DNA from: a virus
Lineage: Duplodnaviria > Heunggongvirae > Uroviricota > Caudoviricetes
Direction: 5' to 3' (one strand)
IMG/VR virus record: IMGVR_UViG_3300031998_000007
DNA: 64,000 nucleotides
Shown in pieces: positions 1 to 9,053 of the stretch (its first letter is position 1; each line of letters starts with the position of its first letter). The notes below the pieces were generated by a model. It had not been told where the DNA came from. It saw only the letters and a program-made list of their open reading frames with translations, and did not search any database. The position numbers and the translations under genes were made by a program.

Positions 1-450
1 GATAACGCTGACGATGGCCGACTGCAAGGAGGAATCCTTGTCCTGCTCCATGAGATCGTTGATACTCGCGGAAAGGATGGAAGCCATCAGCTTGCGCGGG
101 CCGATAAACACCTCGCCGTCCTTGACTTCAAGGGCCTTCGAGTTCGTCGGAGAGCCCTTCTCGTGCTCGTTGTCCGCATGGATGGTAACTCCGCCAACAT
201 CGACCGTCACGTCGAGCTTGCCGGACCTGCGTTTCGCGGCAAGGTAGCCCCAGCCGTCGTCGGAATTCACAAAGTCGGCGAGCCAGTCGCACACCGCCTG
301 GGACATCGCCCCGGCGTCTGGAGCCGGATCTGCCGGGGTTCCGACATCGGCCTCCACGAAGACAGGCCTTTCCCCCGCTTCGAGCAGGATGCTGTCCATT
401 TCGAGCAGCGCACTGCCCATGTCATAATCATATCCGTTATAGGCGCCCAT
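1..450 (-). CDS. Hypothetical protein, truncated at window edge; possible head-packaged protein
   Basis: Not in the ORF track. Manual translation from ATG 450 (GAGGAAGG upstream) gives MGAYNGYDYDMGSALLEMDSILLEAGERPVFVEAD..., open to base 1. Confidence 0.75.
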   Translation of the reverse strand, partial: MGAYNGYDYDMGSALLEMDSILLEAGERPVFVEADVGTPADPAPDAGAMSQAVCDWLADFVNSDDGWGYLAAKRRSGKLDVTVDVGGVTIHADNEHEKGSPTNSKALEVKDGEVFIGPRKLMASILSASINDLMEQDKDSSLQSAIVSVI

Positions 451-473
451 CACAAATCCTTCCTCATTCAGAT

Positions 474-758
474 TTAGCAAAATGGTATCAGCGCGTTTTC
501 GTGGCAGAACTTCCTGTCGCGCTGGACATACAGGCCAAGTTCCTTGAGCTTGCCGACAAGTCCCTTGAACGGAACCTGCACCGGCGACGACCCGTCCACG
601 GAGACCGTCGCAGTCTCCTGTTTCGGATCATATTCAATCGTTGCACGGAGCTTCCCATCCCGTTCATACTTGGAACGGGTGAAGTCTCCCGGGCACCATC
701 CCTGGAGGATGCCCTCGATTGTCTTGAATTTCCATAATGCGAAACGGTCAGGCGACAT
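474..758 (-). CDS. Hypothetical protein (94 aa)
   Basis: GGAGG RBS before the ATG; tightly coupled to the upstream gene's stop at 761. Confidence 0.7.
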   Translation of the reverse strand: MSPDRFALWKFKTIEGILQGWCPGDFTRSKYERDGKLRATIEYDPKQETATVSVDGSSPVQVPFKGLVGKLKELGLYVQRDRKFCHENALIPFC

Positions 759-760
759 GG

Positions 761-1864
761 CTAGTCCTCCAATGCCACCCGCAGCTTGGCCAGACGCGCA
801 TCGGCGGCTCGTTTCTTGGCCTTGACGATGTTACGCAATTTTTCCTTCTTGGCGCTCTCGGAACCCTTGACCTGGGCTTTCACGGCCTTGCGGACTTCCT
901 TGTTGTATTCGCGCTTGGCATCGGAAACGTTACCTTCGCGGATGAACTTCTCGATGTTCGGGATGACCCTACCGACCTTGATTTCTTCGTCGTTCATGAC
1001 GTTCATCGCGTTTTCACGGGCGGTCTGGCCTTCGTTCGCATACTTCACGGACGCGTCGATGTCGTCCCAGATACCATACAGGTCCTGGAACTTGTCCTTG
1101 ATGTACGCAAGCAACGCCTTCGCCGACATCGGGGACTGGTTCACCGGGCCTTCCGGCATGTAACGGTCGGCGTGCCAGTCCTTACCTTCCACGAACACAG
1201 GGACAATTTTCAGACGCCCGTCGGCGCATACGCGGACAAGCGTCTTGTGCTTCGTGTTGGCGGACCAGTTAATCGACCGGCTATCGGTTACTCCGTTATT
1301 GTCGAACTGCAGCGTAACCGTCTCGGGACACTGGAACACGATGCCCCAGTACATGTTGCTTTCCTTGGACGTATCGAGTTCGGCCAAACGGTGAGAAAAG
1401 ATATACCCGTTTCGACGGCCACCCACTTCTTCCGGCTTCGAGTTGGTATCGGATCGGAAGAAACTGTTCAGGTTCGGGCGCCCATGGTAATACTGCGTCT
1501 CGGCAATCTCACGGGCCCTGACTTCGGACTGCATCAGCTCGACATACCAGGTATCGTCCGGGTCAATCACCGGGTTCTTCGTATGGTAGAAGATGTTGAG
1601 CGTACCGTCGATGAACGAAAGCCACGCCTTGTCAGTCGTGTTCTGGAAGTCATATCCGTTGAACCACTCCTCGTAACGCTTCTGCGCCTCGGTAGGAAGG
1701 TCCACCACGCGGACCATGCGGGCAAACTGGCTAGGCTGATAGCCATAGTCCTTGCACTTGTAACCAATCCAGAAGTCAAGGATGATGTCCTTGTGCTCCT
1801 TCCAGTTGATCCCACCTTGCAGGTAGTTGAACAGTCGTTTGCCGGCAACCTTCTTTGATTTCAT
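761..1864 (-). CDS. Hypothetical protein (367 aa) with a basic helical C-terminus
   Basis: Long ORF on the coding strand; TTTG-TATTTT motif upstream (1886-1895). Confidence 0.8.
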   Translation of the reverse strand: MKSKKVAGKRLFNYLQGGINWKEHKDIILDFWIGYKCKDYGYQPSQFARMVRVVDLPTEAQKRYEEWFNGYDFQNTTDKAWLSFIDGTLNIFYHTKNPVIDPDDTWYVELMQSEVRAREIAETQYYHGRPNLNSFFRSDTNSKPEEVGGRRNGYIFSHRLAELDTSKESNMYWGIVFQCPETVTLQFDNNGVTDSRSINWSANTKHKTLVRVCADGRLKIVPVFVEGKDWHADRYMPEGPVNQSPMSAKALLAYIKDKFQDLYGIWDDIDASVKYANEGQTARENAMNVMNDEEIKVGRVIPNIEKFIREGNVSDAKREYNKEVRKAVKAQVKGSESAKKEKLRNIVKAKKRAADARLAKLRVALED

Positions 1865-1916
1865 CTAGCAGTACCACCCAATCGAAAAATACAAATTTAA
1901 ACTTCGGAACCCATGA

Positions 1917-2450
1917 CTACTCCGATGTCGATGAGGACGAGGATGCCGCGCTGCTGGAATCCCCGCCAACGTAGGTACTCACGGGAACGTTATACCCGTC
2001 GCGGCCCGAGAACGGCCCGACCTTGTTCGGATATACCTGGCTCGCGTTCGCCAATTCCATCGGCTGCTTGATGTGCGACTGTGCGCGTTCCATCATCTTC
2101 CTGATCGGAATCGACGTCAGGTGCGTAGGCTTCTTGAACTTCGGGTGTTCCCAGTTCTTCGGGTCAATCTGCCCGCTCTGGTCCTTCATCGACGGCGCGG
2201 GCTGGTTGGGATTAGTATAAGACTTTCCCGTGCAGTCGTTCCCGTCAACCGCCCCCGACGGAGTGAGGATGTTGAGCATGTCGGAATACCCCCAGACCAT
2301 GGCGTTCGCACGCATGGAGTCCGGGACCCTCAACGGGGGAGGGGCACAGTTTTCAAGATACGTCTGGTATCTCCGGCAAACGTTGTCGTAGCATTCCTCA
2401 CCGAGCTTGCCGCGCACCGTTTCGAGGAATGTCTCGAAACTCGACGGCAT
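1917..2450 (-). CDS. Hypothetical protein, candidate internal head protein
   Basis: 177-aa ORF behind a late-type promoter; YLE at residues 31-33; Ser-rich tail. Confidence 0.7.
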   Translation of the reverse strand: MPSSFETFLETVRGKLGEECYDNVCRRYQTYLENCAPPPLRVPDSMRANAMVWGYSDMLNILTPSGAVDGNDCTGKSYTNPNQPAPSMKDQSGQIDPKNWEHPKFKKPTHLTSIPIRKMMERAQSHIKQPMELANASQVYPNKVGPFSGRDGYNVPVSTYVGGDSSSAASSSSSTSE

Positions 2451-2452
2451 AA

Positions 2453-2845
2453 CTAGGCCTGCTGTTGCTGTTCGTTCTTCTCGGTAGTCACCGAGTTGGT
2501 GATGTCGGCAGCCGTCTTGGCGGCATCGGCGACAGCCTTGTCGGCATCGGCGAGCTTCGCCTCGTTCTCGGCGCGTTCAGAAATTTCCGTCGACTTGTCA
2601 ACGGCTTCCTTCGCCTCGGCAGCGGCATCCTGTGTTGCACCAAGGTTGGTCACCGCAGTAGCGATTTCCTTCGCCTTGTCACCGCTCACATCGGCCATCT
2701 CGGTAGGGAGCGACGTAGTTTCGGTCCCCTCGGCGCCAACACCCTCGAAAATAGCCCTTGCGCCCTTCTCGAAAGCCTCGGCAAGGATATTGTCATCGGC
2801 AATGTCGGCCTTGGTGGCCGCAATCATCTGGTCCAATTCGTTCAT
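2453..2845 (-). CDS. Acidic Ala-rich protein, candidate internal head protein
   Basis: GGAG RBS; TATAAACT motif upstream; N-terminus MNEL...AIFE shared with the divergent gene. Confidence 0.75.
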   Translation of the reverse strand: MNELDQMIAATKADIADDNILAEAFEKGARAIFEGVGAEGTETTSLPTEMADVSGDKAKEIATAVTNLGATQDAAAEAKEAVDKSTEISERAENEAKLADADKAVADAAKTAADITNSVTTEKNEQQQQA

Positions 2846-2867
2846 TTCATTTGTCTCCGTAATTACC

Positions 2868-2902
2868 CATAGTTTATAGCCGGAGCGCCGCTATAAACTA
2901 TG
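2868..2902. promoter_or_regulatory. Divergent pair of putative late promoters forming a 13-bp inverted repeat
   Basis: CATAGTTTATAGC-(9 nt)-GCTATAAACTATG; TATAAACT on each strand points at one of the two divergent genes. Confidence 0.75.
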
Positions 2903-2923
2903 TCAAAAGCACTTGGCAACACA

Positions 2924-3562
2924 ATGAATGAACTTGCACCGTTCTTCAAAGACATCCGGCAGGATTGCCCCGATGTCCCCCTCGTAGAAGCGACAATCAA
3001 GGCCGCAATGGCAATCTTCGAAGCCGAAGGTGACGGCAGCGTCCCGGCGACGGAAACAGATGCCCCGGCAGACACCACAGCAGATCCGGCAACGGAAACC
3101 GCCGATGCCCCCGCGACCGAACCCGCCTCAGACGACCCCAATGCGGTCGATACAAGCCTACCGGCGGACGATGCCGGTCTCGGCGGCATGGACGCCGGGG
3201 CAGACCTTGGCGGTGGCGACATTTCCACGGACGACGCGGCTGCACCAGACGATACCGCAGCGCAGGACACGGTTGACGCACCCCCTCCGACCGGAGACGA
3301 AACGCCTGGCGCAGTAAACCAGGAACAGGTCCCGGCAATGCCCACGGAAGAAATCGTCACCAAGTTCGTGCAGTCGGGTGCAGTCCGCGAAGCCCAGGAC
3401 GAGATGGTCCAGACAAAGGACACCGACAATTTCGAGTTTGCCAAGAAAATCGCCGCACGCCTAGCCAAATTCTGCAAGGACAACCAGATCACCACGCTCG
3501 GCGTAAAGGAAGGCGCCCGGATAGCACAGGCGCTCGCCAAGAAATACGGGGAAAAGAAGTAA
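2924..3562 (+). CDS. Acidic Asp/Ala/Pro-rich protein, candidate internal head protein
   Basis: Start moved from 2900 (abuts the promoter motif) to MNEL at 2924; N-terminus paralogous to 2453..2845. Confidence 0.75.
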   Translation: MNELAPFFKDIRQDCPDVPLVEATIKAAMAIFEAEGDGSVPATETDAPADTTADPATETADAPATEPASDDPNAVDTSLPADDAGLGGMDAGADLGGGDISTDDAAAPDDTAAQDTVDAPPPTGDETPGAVNQEQVPAMPTEEIVTKFVQSGAVREAQDEMVQTKDTDNFEFAKKIAARLAKFCKDNQITTLGVKEGARIAQALAKKYGEKK

Positions 3563-3566
3563 CAGC

Positions 3567-4229
3567 ATGGAAAACATAAAGGGGATAATCGCGCTGACTT
3601 CGTGGAAAGCCCGCATCAAGGGAGTGGGCCTCACGATTTTCAGCATACTGAAACACTGCAAGGGCTTCAAGGTAGTCCTCACCCTGTCCGACGAGGAGTT
3701 CCCGCGGAAAGAAGCCGAGCTACCGGCTGACCTGCAAGCGCTCGCGAAGACCGGTGTCGTCCAGATACTCTGGGTCCACAAGAACTACAAGCCCTACAAG
3801 AAAATCATCTTCGCAATGAAGGCCTACCCGGACCTCCCCATCATAAGCGCGGATGACGACTGCCTATACAAATATGACTACGCGGGGGAACTCTACAACA
3901 AGTGGAAACAAAACCCCGGCTGTATCATCGCGCAGACCGTAGGCGACGGGATCCCCTGGGGATATGCGACCCTGCATCCGCCCGGAGCATACAACCCCTA
4001 CATATTCGCGGCAATCGCTGACTACTGCCTGTCTCGTCAGTCATACCACGACGATCTGCTCTACCACCTGTATGCGAAGCGGAAGGGCATCAAGATTCTC
4101 TCGATGTTCCATGAAGTCCCGCACGTCGTCCAGTTCCACAACGGCGCATGCGGTCTCGTCAACGAGCGCCTGAAACACCACAACGACTGGCGGGTAATGA
4201 ACGAGGCGTTCGCGAAATTCTTCGGCTAG
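3567..4229 (+). CDS. GT-A fold glycosyltransferase (GT2-like) with intact DDD motif
   Basis: IIALTSWKARI, YKKII, IISADDDCLY and DDL motifs typical of small GT-A proteins. Confidence 0.75.
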   Translation: MENIKGIIALTSWKARIKGVGLTIFSILKHCKGFKVVLTLSDEEFPRKEAELPADLQALAKTGVVQILWVHKNYKPYKKIIFAMKAYPDLPIISADDDCLYKYDYAGELYNKWKQNPGCIIAQTVGDGIPWGYATLHPPGAYNPYIFAAIADYCLSRQSYHDDLLYHLYAKRKGIKILSMFHEVPHVVQFHNGACGLVNERLKHHNDWRVMNEAFAKFFG

Positions 4230-5191
4230 TCCTCGAACCACTCGCCGCGTTCACACTTGCTTGGCGACCATCCTATCGGGTGGTTGCCTTTTACGTTGCA
4301 GTGACGGCAGAACGGATGCGGCAGCCGGGAAAGAACAAGGACCTCGTCGGGATGTTCAACCTCGCGCAAGTCTATCCGGTCATAGCATGTCGCTTGCAAG
4401 TTCAACCCGAACGCGGCATTGGGATATTGAAGATATGAGACCGGACTGCACAGATACAGGTAGTTTCCGATTAGGGTAGGGCAGTTGGCCATGTAGCAGT
4501 CGGTCTTCCCGGTGGCCGGATATTTCGGGTCGACGCTCTTCAAGTAAGAAGTGAACTCCGGCGGATTGGTCCCGAACTGAACAAAGGGGAAGTGATGGGT
4601 CTCGCTGTCCTTGCGGGCAATCTCGATTACGCGCCGGTTGACCTCCCCGTAACAGCTATACCCGAGGGCCGTGCCCGTCTGGGGCAGCAAATCCCTGAAC
4701 ACCCCTCGCCACCTGCCATACAGCAGCATGTTGGAGACCACATAACGTTCACGATCCGGGAAGATTTCCCGGGTGTCCCGGATAATTGCCTCCAGGCCAC
4801 GGTGCAACAGCGGCTCCCCGCCAATGAGGAATACCGTAAACACGATGTCCCCGCATGCCCGTTTCAGCAGTTCCATCGAGGCAGCAATGTCCTCGCGGTC
4901 AAGAAACGGGGCGGAAGCCGCTATGGGGGCGAAATGCGAACATGACTTGCATGCAAGGTTGCACCGGTCGGTTATCGGGACATCAACCTTGATACGCGGC
5001 CACGTTTCAATCTGCGCCGGGACTGTCGGAACCTTGCCGACGGACCGCCAAAGCGCACCGCGAATTTCGGAAACCAATCTGACCGCGCCCGGAAAGTTCT
5101 CTTCCAACGCATCCAGCAGACCATAAAGAACCCCGGCGGTTTCCGGGGCATTGACTAGGCGAACATATCCTTCCACATCGAAACGCATCAT
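4226..5191 (-). CDS. Radical SAM protein with a Cys-rich C-terminal (SPASM/twitch-like) region
   Basis: CNLACKSC (CxxxCxxC), GGEPLLH, C-terminal Cys cluster ending FCRHC; start placed at the ATGA overlap with the upstream stop. Confidence 0.85.
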   Translation of the reverse strand: MMRFDVEGYVRLVNAPETAGVLYGLLDALEENFPGAVRLVSEIRGALWRSVGKVPTVPAQIETWPRIKVDVPITDRCNLACKSCSHFAPIAASAPFLDREDIAASMELLKRACGDIVFTVFLIGGEPLLHRGLEAIIRDTREIFPDRERYVVSNMLLYGRWRGVFRDLLPQTGTALGYSCYGEVNRRVIEIARKDSETHHFPFVQFGTNPPEFTSYLKSVDPKYPATGKTDCYMANCPTLIGNYLYLCSPVSYLQYPNAAFGLNLQATCYDRIDLREVEHPDEVLVLSRLPHPFCRHCNVKGNHPIGWSPSKCERGEWFED

Positions 5192-6663
5192 TCCTCTATA
5201 CATTTAAGCCGCAAGGTGATACCGCCGGACGAGTTAATCTCGAACGTGAGTTTCTTGCCGTTGCTAAGCTCAAATATAGCTTTTAAATACGTCTTTGAGG
5301 TATTGGTCGCAACCGTGGCAGGATAATTGTACCAGTAATAGAACGTAGTGTTGTCACCAACCGGGATGTCAAACGCAGTAGTAATAGTTTTCGTATTGTC
5401 GCGTTCCCAAGTGTCACCACCGTACTGCGTTTTCGCCTTCGCTACCATGGTCAGTTTGTTTACCCTTATGGTGCTACCGGTCGCTGACCGCAAACGAATC
5501 ATGGGCCCGTTATACTCACACTTGGCCCTGATATTCAATCCGCCCACATTACTAAACAGTTCATCTTCGCGTTCGCTGGGCTGCATGGAAATAGATGCAG
5601 TCTGGACATTATCCATATAGCCGTCATTGTCATAAATCCAGCCGTTACCCTTCGTGCCATAGAACAGGAACGCATAGTCAAGATCAACATGGAGCGTGGC
5701 CCCGGGTGCGTCAGACTTATAGGTAAACCCGGAAAGGTCAAGCCCCACAGTAGGCGCAGTCGTAGAAATATACGATGTCTGCGATTCACTACTCTGCATG
5801 TCAAACCGCATGTATGCAAGCATCTTGCCATCGGACGGGCACGTTGACGGGAACGCATCCTTATCGGTGAAACGAGTGCACCTAAACCAATCGCTATTGT
5901 TCGGATCGCTCAAAAATTTATGCCATGACGTACTGGAGCTCTCTTGCTGGCTACCCGTGTCCCAGACATAAAGCGGCCAAGTTCCGGTGCCGTGCATCAT
6001 CCCCATGGTGCCATGGTTAATATCGGTATAGAACTTGACCGGGTTGCTGTAATTCGGCGTGTAGCCAGTCGGAAGGTTTCGTATATCCGTATGGAACAAG
6101 TAATGTGCGGAAACATATCTAGTCGCATTGGATATACGATCAAGCCCCCAGAACTTAAACGTCATGGAGTTCGAAATCTGGTTATTCGACGTCATTGCAT
6201 AAGCACCGCCACCGTATGCAATCGACGGGACCACCGCATCGCCATTCCCGGTAAACCCCTTTGCAGTATAATCGCTTATTCCAGCCAGTGAAACAACAAC
6301 ATCCGCATACGGGGACGGGTAACCTTGTCCACCAGCAGGACAAGGATATTTCAGCATCCAGGTCATCTGCGAACTGGCACTCACAATGAGATTATTGGAC
6401 GAATCGCGCTGAAACTCTATCCACGAACGATTGGCCTGCGAAGCCGTTGCGTTCTTGTATATAACACCCGCGGCACCAAAATTATCAGTTTCGGGCCGGT
6501 TAAATGCTATATACTGTTTCAGCATCGGGTCACCCAAAATACCCAAATACGGGAATGACAGATGAGCGTCAGCTTGCCCAGAATGATTGGTCAATACTGT
6601 CCGAAGCCGGTCATTGACTACCGGCACAAATGGACGTTCATCGTCATAAACTATACCACTCAA
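5188..6663 (-). CDS. Putative tail fibre/receptor-binding-associated protein
   Basis: 491 aa, S/T/G/Y-rich; follows the tail fibre gene; TTG start after GAGG. Confidence 0.5.
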   Translation of the reverse strand: MSGIVYDDERPFVPVVNDRLRTVLTNHSGQADAHLSFPYLGILGDPMLKQYIAFNRPETDNFGAAGVIYKNATASQANRSWIEFQRDSSNNLIVSASSQMTWMLKYPCPAGGQGYPSPYADVVVSLAGISDYTAKGFTGNGDAVVPSIAYGGGAYAMTSNNQISNSMTFKFWGLDRISNATRYVSAHYLFHTDIRNLPTGYTPNYSNPVKFYTDINHGTMGMMHGTGTWPLYVWDTGSQQESSSTSWHKFLSDPNNSDWFRCTRFTDKDAFPSTCPSDGKMLAYMRFDMQSSESQTSYISTTAPTVGLDLSGFTYKSDAPGATLHVDLDYAFLFYGTKGNGWIYDNDGYMDNVQTASISMQPSEREDELFSNVGGLNIRAKCEYNGPMIRLRSATGSTIRVNKLTMVAKAKTQYGGDTWERDNTKTITTAFDIPVGDNTTFYYWYNYPATVATNTSKTYLKAIFELSNGKKLTFEINSSGGITLRLKCIEE

Positions 6664-6674
6664 AATCGCCTCGC

Positions 6675-8438
6675 CTACAACATGTAAATCGTGTTTCGCT
6701 CGTTGCCATAAGTTCCCGATATGTCGATTGGATACAAGGTCATCTCACGCGCATTCATCGTATTCGTACCTCGAATTGATGAACAGTTCACCAAATCCAG
6801 CTTTACCAGGTTGCTCGTCACAGACACGCCAGCAAATGAAGCACCCCACCCATTATTAGGATCGAAGAAATAATCCTGCAAATAGCACCTAGCCGACACC
6901 CCGGTTGGAGATGTATACACCATTCGTCCGTTGCGGACCATTTTCGATATTTTATCGTAAATTTCAGAATGGTACGATTCAAAATTCTCCACACTCACCT
7001 CATGCACCTGTCCAGGAATGTTACGCCACTGCACGCCAAGCAGCGGGGGTCTGCTGTTATTGTATTCCACCATTGCGACCACACGGTCCATCTCGTCCGC
7101 ATACGTCCGTCCATCCTGATCCAGTTCCATAATAGGAATTAGTGATGTCGTAACAGGCGGAAGCATAAATCCAATCGGTGTCTTGGAAGTCCCCAATGTA
7201 ACTTGCGGACCGTCATAATCAATGCCGGTCTTTTGGATAATGGTCATCGGGTAATCGTCGGTCGCCAGAATAGGCGACATTTCCGTTTCGTTTTCATACC
7301 GAACCGGCCCCTTCTTTACCGTCAACCGGCCTTCATAATTGGTTACGACAAACGCACTGTTGACCCCTTCCAACGACTGCGAAAACACCGGAATTTGTAA
7401 TCCGGCAAAATCCAAGAACCATCCACCCGTTGCCGCATCATACGTCGCTTCAAGCAACGCATCGCCTGTGTTTGCGTTCGTCTTCGTGTATGACCGCTGG
7501 CTGCTCCCGCTCACGGACGACGTGAACGGGAAATAGAACGACATCGTATCGGACACACCAGTCTTGGTTCCAACCCCAACAGTGTTCTTCGTATCGGTGT
7601 CCGTCCACGGAACCGCCACATAGGCATCGCCACTGGAATTTACCTTGACAGCATATTCCTTGGCGCCGGAAGCCGGAGAATAGTTCAAACGGATCAGGCC
7701 CAAGGCCGAGCTGCTTGCCTTCGTTGCCGGAATCTTTATCGTGCGGTCAGTCATCTTAGTCACATGGCCAAGCGCGTCGCTCTCGATCTGAGAAATGGTT
7801 ACCGTATCACCAAATCCCGGTGTCGCGTTTGCGGTCGGCTTTCCCGTATAGGCGGTATGACTCGGATGCTGATAGACCTGAACGTCAGTCCCATCAACAG
7901 TGACATTTCCGTTAGTGCTCGATGCTACAACGGAATGAACTGCGCTATGACCCTCGTCATACGCCTGCTTCACCGCATAGGCGGTAGCAGCCAACGAATG
8001 ACTGCTTGAATTGGTCGCATCCGATAATTGGACGACACCCTTTGCCGATGTGCTCGCATCGGGAACTTTCTTCCATTCACGAGTGATTACACCCTGCCGG
8101 TCCTGTGTCACATTGGAAACGAACGTGAAATCAGAAGTCGTAGCAACCGTGCCGGATGCACCGCCCTCCACCGGGTTCTGTGTATCTTTCTTTCCAGAAA
8201 GGCTTTCAGTCAAATTGGCAATGTCGGAAATGCCCGGTATAACAGCCTTGGGAACGAGGTTCCCGTTTTCGGTCGCAATGTGCGTCATGAAATAATGATC
8301 GCCAAGCCGGGGACCCGATAGACTGTCTACACCAATGTTCGTGCGGGCGCGGCTTTTCTTGCTGTCATCATAATACCCGGCGTCCTGTTGCGTATTGAAC
8401 AAGACCGACGGTATAAAATTCTTTGGATCATCCGCCAT
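6675..8438 (-). CDS. Tail fibre protein
   Basis: Phage tail-fibre repeat DASTSAKGVVQLSDATNSSSHSLAATAYAVKQAYD; YQHPSH, DALGHVT and VAVPWTDTDT fibre motifs; late motif at 8466-8473. Confidence 0.85.
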   Translation of the reverse strand: MADDPKNFIPSVLFNTQQDAGYYDDSKKSRARTNIGVDSLSGPRLGDHYFMTHIATENGNLVPKAVIPGISDIANLTESLSGKKDTQNPVEGGASGTVATTSDFTFVSNVTQDRQGVITREWKKVPDASTSAKGVVQLSDATNSSSHSLAATAYAVKQAYDEGHSAVHSVVASSTNGNVTVDGTDVQVYQHPSHTAYTGKPTANATPGFGDTVTISQIESDALGHVTKMTDRTIKIPATKASSSALGLIRLNYSPASGAKEYAVKVNSSGDAYVAVPWTDTDTKNTVGVGTKTGVSDTMSFYFPFTSSVSGSSQRSYTKTNANTGDALLEATYDAATGGWFLDFAGLQIPVFSQSLEGVNSAFVVTNYEGRLTVKKGPVRYENETEMSPILATDDYPMTIIQKTGIDYDGPQVTLGTSKTPIGFMLPPVTTSLIPIMELDQDGRTYADEMDRVVAMVEYNNSRPPLLGVQWRNIPGQVHEVSVENFESYHSEIYDKISKMVRNGRMVYTSPTGVSARCYLQDYFFDPNNGWGASFAGVSVTSNLVKLDLVNCSSIRGTNTMNAREMTLYPIDISGTYGNERNTIYML

Positions 8439-8468
8439 CGCTAAACCTACACATTCTTCTACCCTAGT

Positions 8469-9044
8469 TTATAACTGGCGGTAGTCCGCCCGGGCCTTGG
8501 CAAGCGCGGCAAAGAACTCCGCCTTGGCAGTAACCATGTATTGGGTGATGTAGGCTTTCAGCAGCTCATGGGCCACGGTACAGTGCGCCGAATTGTAGTA
8601 GATGACATTCCCTACCTGGCAGAAACCGCGGGTGTCCACCTGCTTTTCCACATAGGAATCGCAGTCACCCACCTCCTGTTCGGATATGCCGCCAACGAGG
8701 GACCAGGACAGCGCATAGATGGCGCTAGGCTTCGGGGGACGGCTGTCCACCTCGACCGTTATCTCATGGCCGGCCATGTCACGGAATATGACGGCCTTCC
8801 CGGTAGTGGTATTCGCCACCTGCACGACGGACAGGGAGTGCTCGTCCTTGATTGAGTGCTGCCCGCTCTTCGCGAGCGGATGGTAAATCATCTTGTGGTG
8901 GACGGGGCATAGCTGGATGGTTACATCCTTGTTGAGCTTCACCCCCAGTTCCTTCGGGTTCACATGATGAAACTCGATGAGCCTGCGCTCATCGGTCTCA
9001 TAGTTACATCCTGGGAAAACACACTTATACTTGATAGCCGGCAT
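8469..9044 (-). CDS. HNH endonuclease-domain protein
   Basis: CVFPGC...EFHHVNP...LCPVHH zinc-binding HNH pattern at the N-terminus. Confidence 0.7.
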   Translation of the reverse strand: MPAIKYKCVFPGCNYETDERRLIEFHHVNPKELGVKLNKDVTIQLCPVHHKMIYHPLAKSGQHSIKDEHSLSVVQVANTTTGKAVIFRDMAGHEITVEVDSRPPKPSAIYALSWSLVGGISEQEVGDCDSYVEKQVDTRGFCQVGNVIYYNSAHCTVAHELLKAYITQYMVTAKAEFFAALAKARADYRQL

Positions 9045-9053
9045 GGCCGGAAA

